From Perkinsus olseni (lineage: Eukaryota), in assembly GCA_013115125.1 (NCBI GenBank), contig JABANN010000220.1, forward strand, positions 1 to 51,747: DNA of 51,747 nt, given 5' to 3'. The notes under the pieces were generated by a model. The model was not told where the DNA came from. It worked only from the letters and a program-made list of their open reading frames with translations, and did no database searches. This document shows, in pieces, positions 47,943 through 51,747 of this stretch (position 1 is its first letter; each line of letters starts with the position of its first letter). The translations under genes and the position numbers were made by a program.

Positions 47943-50563
47943 AAGACGTTAAGCATGTAAGTGTAGCACAAAATAAGGAGGGTATTGTGACTGGTTGGAA
48001 ATGACTTACTGGTATTTTTCCACTGATAAATCCTCGAATTATAGGATACGTCCTCTCCACAAGAGGGTCATGCATATGGTAGATGTCGCCGGTCTCCGAG
48101 GATGGCTGAAAGAAGGCAGAACCGATGCAGTCGATAATGATGATGATACAGGAGACCCATCAGGAGAATTCGCACAACTCTAGCTCCGATCGATCAAACG
48201 CTTTGACGCGCCCACAAGGCGACAGACAAGAGGAGAAGAATATGCTCAATCGGCGAGAGTAGAAGAATGTGTTGGGCGATGCCATGAGGAGAGAGCTGCT
48301 CGAGAGGCCTACCAGTCCGCCATCAACCGCCAAGCCATCAAATCGTTTGTTCTTCCGTGATTGCAGTGCTGCTGACATTCCTACTAATGTACTGTCAACT
48401 AAGAGTGGGCTGCCATATCCCGAGACCGCAGGTTCGATTCCCACACCCGACAACTCAACCAAAAACCAAATCTATCAGCTCCTGCATGGTGACCATATAT
48501 AGAAATAGGTCTATTGTTGAAGGGACTGTCCACTTTCAAGCCTAAGGACCGTCTTCTTGCTGCCACCGTCTGTACCCGGAGCCGCATTCTTCAACTCCAG
48601 TCCGACTACGATTGAATCCTCATCTTTATTAATTTGTTCGGCCAACTCGCAGAACTCCGGAAGCCCCTTCCCCGCCGATCCATCAAACTAACACACGAAC
48701 CATCTCAAGTGAGAGACGTAGCGCTCCGGTTGGACCTTAGCCATGATCGGCCCTTTCCTGTATGATCCGACTATCAAGGTCACTACGATCTGGGTTCCCT
48801 CAGGACAGCGCAGATAGAGGCTACAGTAACCGTCCTGAGGAAAATAGCTACCCTGAAGAGAGAGTGAAGAATTACCTTTTTGGTGTTGGCGTTGCCGTTC
48901 GGATAGAATTCGAGAAGCATATCATGAATACCTGCATAATCGATCAGGCGATCGATAAAGGTCATTCCCCACCTGCTGCTGTGAAAATCGGACTATACAG
49001 ACTCGCTCCGCGCGGCGCCGCAGCTAGCCTTCGGGAGATCTTCGAAATCTTCCACTCGACCAAGGATACGTCGCGATTCTCGACCACCAACACTTCATGA
49101 CGCACCAGACTATTGAGTGACAGCCTATGAACCTGCGGACGTGGCATCAATCACAGCCAACTCGGACGAGTAGGTACTCTGCGACTTGCCTTGATCTCTC
49201 CTCGGCCCATCTCGTACACCCTGGACACGTCAATGATATCAACCCCAACAGTAACACTAAAATCAGGTACGATCGAGGAGAATTGGCGATGGACTTCAAC
49301 CTGTCAGCAGCTTGATCGATCTCCGCGTCCAGCAAACAGAAGTTTGAGTGACCATGGCCCATCCGAGAGTCGTACGTGTCTTCATCTGGGGCTCTGAGAA
49401 ATCATTCCGATTAAGCATCCGACCCTTCAAAAATATTCGCAAAAGCCGTCCAATTTCGATAGCTCATCGATTCCACCGGCCGGGGCCCACTACCTGTAAT
49501 GGTTTCCAACAAAAAGTTGGTATTTGATATTGGTCCCCTCAGGGCACCAAAAAAATACGGAACAGAAGCCGTCCAGTGTCGCGGTCTCTCGGCCTTGAGG
49601 AAAGAATTCCAACTGCATGTTGCGGATGCCGCAGGCAGAGAACTGACAGATGGCACTCCGTCCAGGGCGACCGCTCGAAGCCAATACTCTACCTCAGGAC
49701 TCCAAATGCTGACGTTCTTGGGACACACCTTCAGCTGCTCTCTAATACCTGTGCCAAGGCATGCGAAAGGTACCAGGAGGAATTCTCGGGCCCTCCATTA
49801 TCACCAGTAATAGTCCATTCCACCCTCCTGGTGAGGGGGTCAGTTCCAGCTTCCGTGACACCCAACTGCATAGTCAAATGTTCGTTCTCCATCCTCAATG
49901 CTGAACGCAATTCACACTCCATCATATCCCGCTTCGCTCCGCTGTTCACCGTCAATTCTATCCTTGAGCGTTTGAATCTCTCTATCTTGTCGCCGCATCT
50001 CTGCCATATGCTTCTGTTCGATATCGGCAATATGGGCGCCCAGCTCTGCGGGTCGACACAGTCTCCAGGGCGATGCCGGTAACCCTCCCTTCCCCTACGG
50101 TTAATCCGGTATTTCCAGTCATTCTCTGCCATACCGCCCTGCCGAGAGTAGCACGATCACCAACAGAAGAAGTACGAAATACAACTACCAAGTCCACGAC
50201 GACAGATGATGGCACGCGGTAGAGGATTGAACGTGGATCCACGGCACCGTTCGGCGTTCAATTTGTCATGCAGCCGACTCACACGACACCACTCCCACAC
50301 TACCACCCAGAGGGTGACATCCTCAGCACACTCCCTTCCTCGTCCCGACATGGTGTGCCCGGGACACCCGATTCGTTTGAGTACGCGCACTCAAACCGAC
50401 ACCTCATCCCATGATCCACCCCACTCCCCCACCCTCCAGGTTCACTGCTCTGGTTTTAAACGACGCAAAGCTACATAGATTCCGATGATGGAGCGTGCAC
50501 TGCTAGGAAGTCGTTCACGTGTAATTGTCAACGTGGAGCCTCCGGATTACGAGTGTGCTTGAT

Positions 50564-51531
50564 TCACTCAGCACCACGGTCAGTTTCCGATCTCCGACGT
50601 TTCTTGGACTTCACAACGCCGAAATCAATAACCTGAACAAGAACATCGAATGACTGGGTCCCTTCCGAAAGAGCAAATTTGTGAGTTCTGGCTTTGTCCA
50701 GCATGAACAGCGCAAAGAGCTTACTATTTGAAATAAGACTGACTGCATGTATGCTCAGAGATATCAACGCAACAGTACGATGTACGCCACCCTCTCGCAG
50801 ACTCGACCATACAGCTGCTATACTGAGGTTACTCCCTTCTTAATCTCCTCGGAAAGGCCGAGCCTGTCTTCCGCCGTATCGAGCATGTTTGCCGCTGCCA
50901 AACTTGAAGTATTGATCTACTGAAGATAACTTCTAATTCATAATGCGCCGAATACCTCTCCGAAGCCTTTAGTGAAGGCTTCAGCGGCGTCGGCCATGAA
51001 TATTCCGGGGCTGTGTTCCACTCCTAGTCGGCTGCACCTTAGCTTAACGCCCGGAAGGCTGCTGTCACGGCCTCAGCGTTCTCGCTCATAGTGAGACCGA
51101 TGGCTAACGGCTTGAAATGGCCGGATTATTCAATGGTGCCCAAGACCAAGATCGGAATGCCGCACCAGCTTATCTCGTACGTATAGTCAACTGCCATCGT
51201 TGTTCCCTCAATCCCCTGCTGCATCATACCATATAGGCATCGCATCGTATAAGCTCAACCTTACTTTCGCAACTCCTTCACGAGTGTCACCATTTGCCCT
51301 CTCTCGTGCACTCAACATGATTATCATGTCATGATAGGAGCAGAAGATCCAATGAGCCATACACCATATACGCCGTATATTATACGGTATATGATATACC
51401 TGGGTTACCCAGGCTGGGTACATGGTATCGTAGAGCTCATAATAGGTCTTTGAGCTCTTATCGATCTCGTCTGCTTCACCACACTGCCGATAGGCCGGCT
51501 TCGAACACGTAACGTGCGACACACGGCACAT
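50564..51531 (-). mobile_element. Decayed Mutator-like (MULE) DDE transposase with SWIM zinc-finger remnant
   Basis: Manual translation gives MAVDYTYEISWCGIPILVLGTIE*SGHFKPLAIGLTMSENAEAVTAAFRAL, a frameshift, then PGIFMADAAEAFTKGFGEVFG; these carry the first and second catalytic Asp contexts of MULE transposases. Downstream YCCVDISEHTCSQSYFK**ALCAVH resembles a SWIM finger. Contains in-frame stops. Confidence 0.75.
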
Positions 51532-51621
51532 TCTGATACTTTCCGCAATCCCTTGGGTTGAGCAGCGGCCGCTTAACCCAAGCCACTCAAGCCAGTAGTG
51601 CTACTTCGAGTTGAGGGGCAA

Positions 51622-51690
51622 GGGGGGGGGGGGGGTGGGGGGCCGGGGGGGGGGGGTAGCCGGCCGGGGGGGCCGTTGGGGGGGGCGAAT

Positions 51691-51747
<57 letters not shown>
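51622..51747. other. Poly-G contig end, probable sequencing artefact
   Basis: Near-pure G run at the terminus with no telomeric repeat unit, typical of two-colour sequencing no-signal calls. Confidence 0.8.

Noticed and set aside
48380-48455. Possible tRNA gene around GGTTCGATTCCC
   Set aside because: No A box, acceptor stem or paired T stem could be formed. Kept only as an isolated B box.
51622-51747. G-rich terminus as telomere or G-quadruplex
   Set aside because: There is no repeat unit, and a homopolymer at a contig end is the typical sequencing artefact.

Overview
Eukaryotic nuclear DNA with compact genes, many 35-60 nt GT-AG introns and pyruvate kinases of the apicomplexan PK1 type. 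The source is most likely a myzozoan alveolate such as Perkinsus (inference, not proven). From left to right the window holds a spliced response-regulator receiver gene, then a ~30 kb run of minus-strand genes. That run contains a DNAJC25-like J protein with a C-terminal SANT domain, calpain-7/PalB, a coiled-coil protein, an EEP/sphingomyelinase-like enzyme, an ER FKBP and six tandem pyruvate kinases (five intronless, one with four introns). After it come RER1, PDIA6/P5, a cyclophilin, a decayed ~657 bp tandem duplication, an intronless 555 aa secreted protein of unknown family, a second coiled-coil gene, a decayed Mutator-like (MULE/SWIM) transposase and an artefactual poly-G end. The main highlight is the PK array, whose catalytic cores are homogenised as mosaics while the allosteric C-domains have diverged. 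Other highlights are the orphan secreted protein, dispersed Pol III B-box motifs with no tRNA around them, and a 13-mer shared by two ultra-short intergenic spacers. Exon structures were assembled by eye, so boundaries of spliced genes are approximate.
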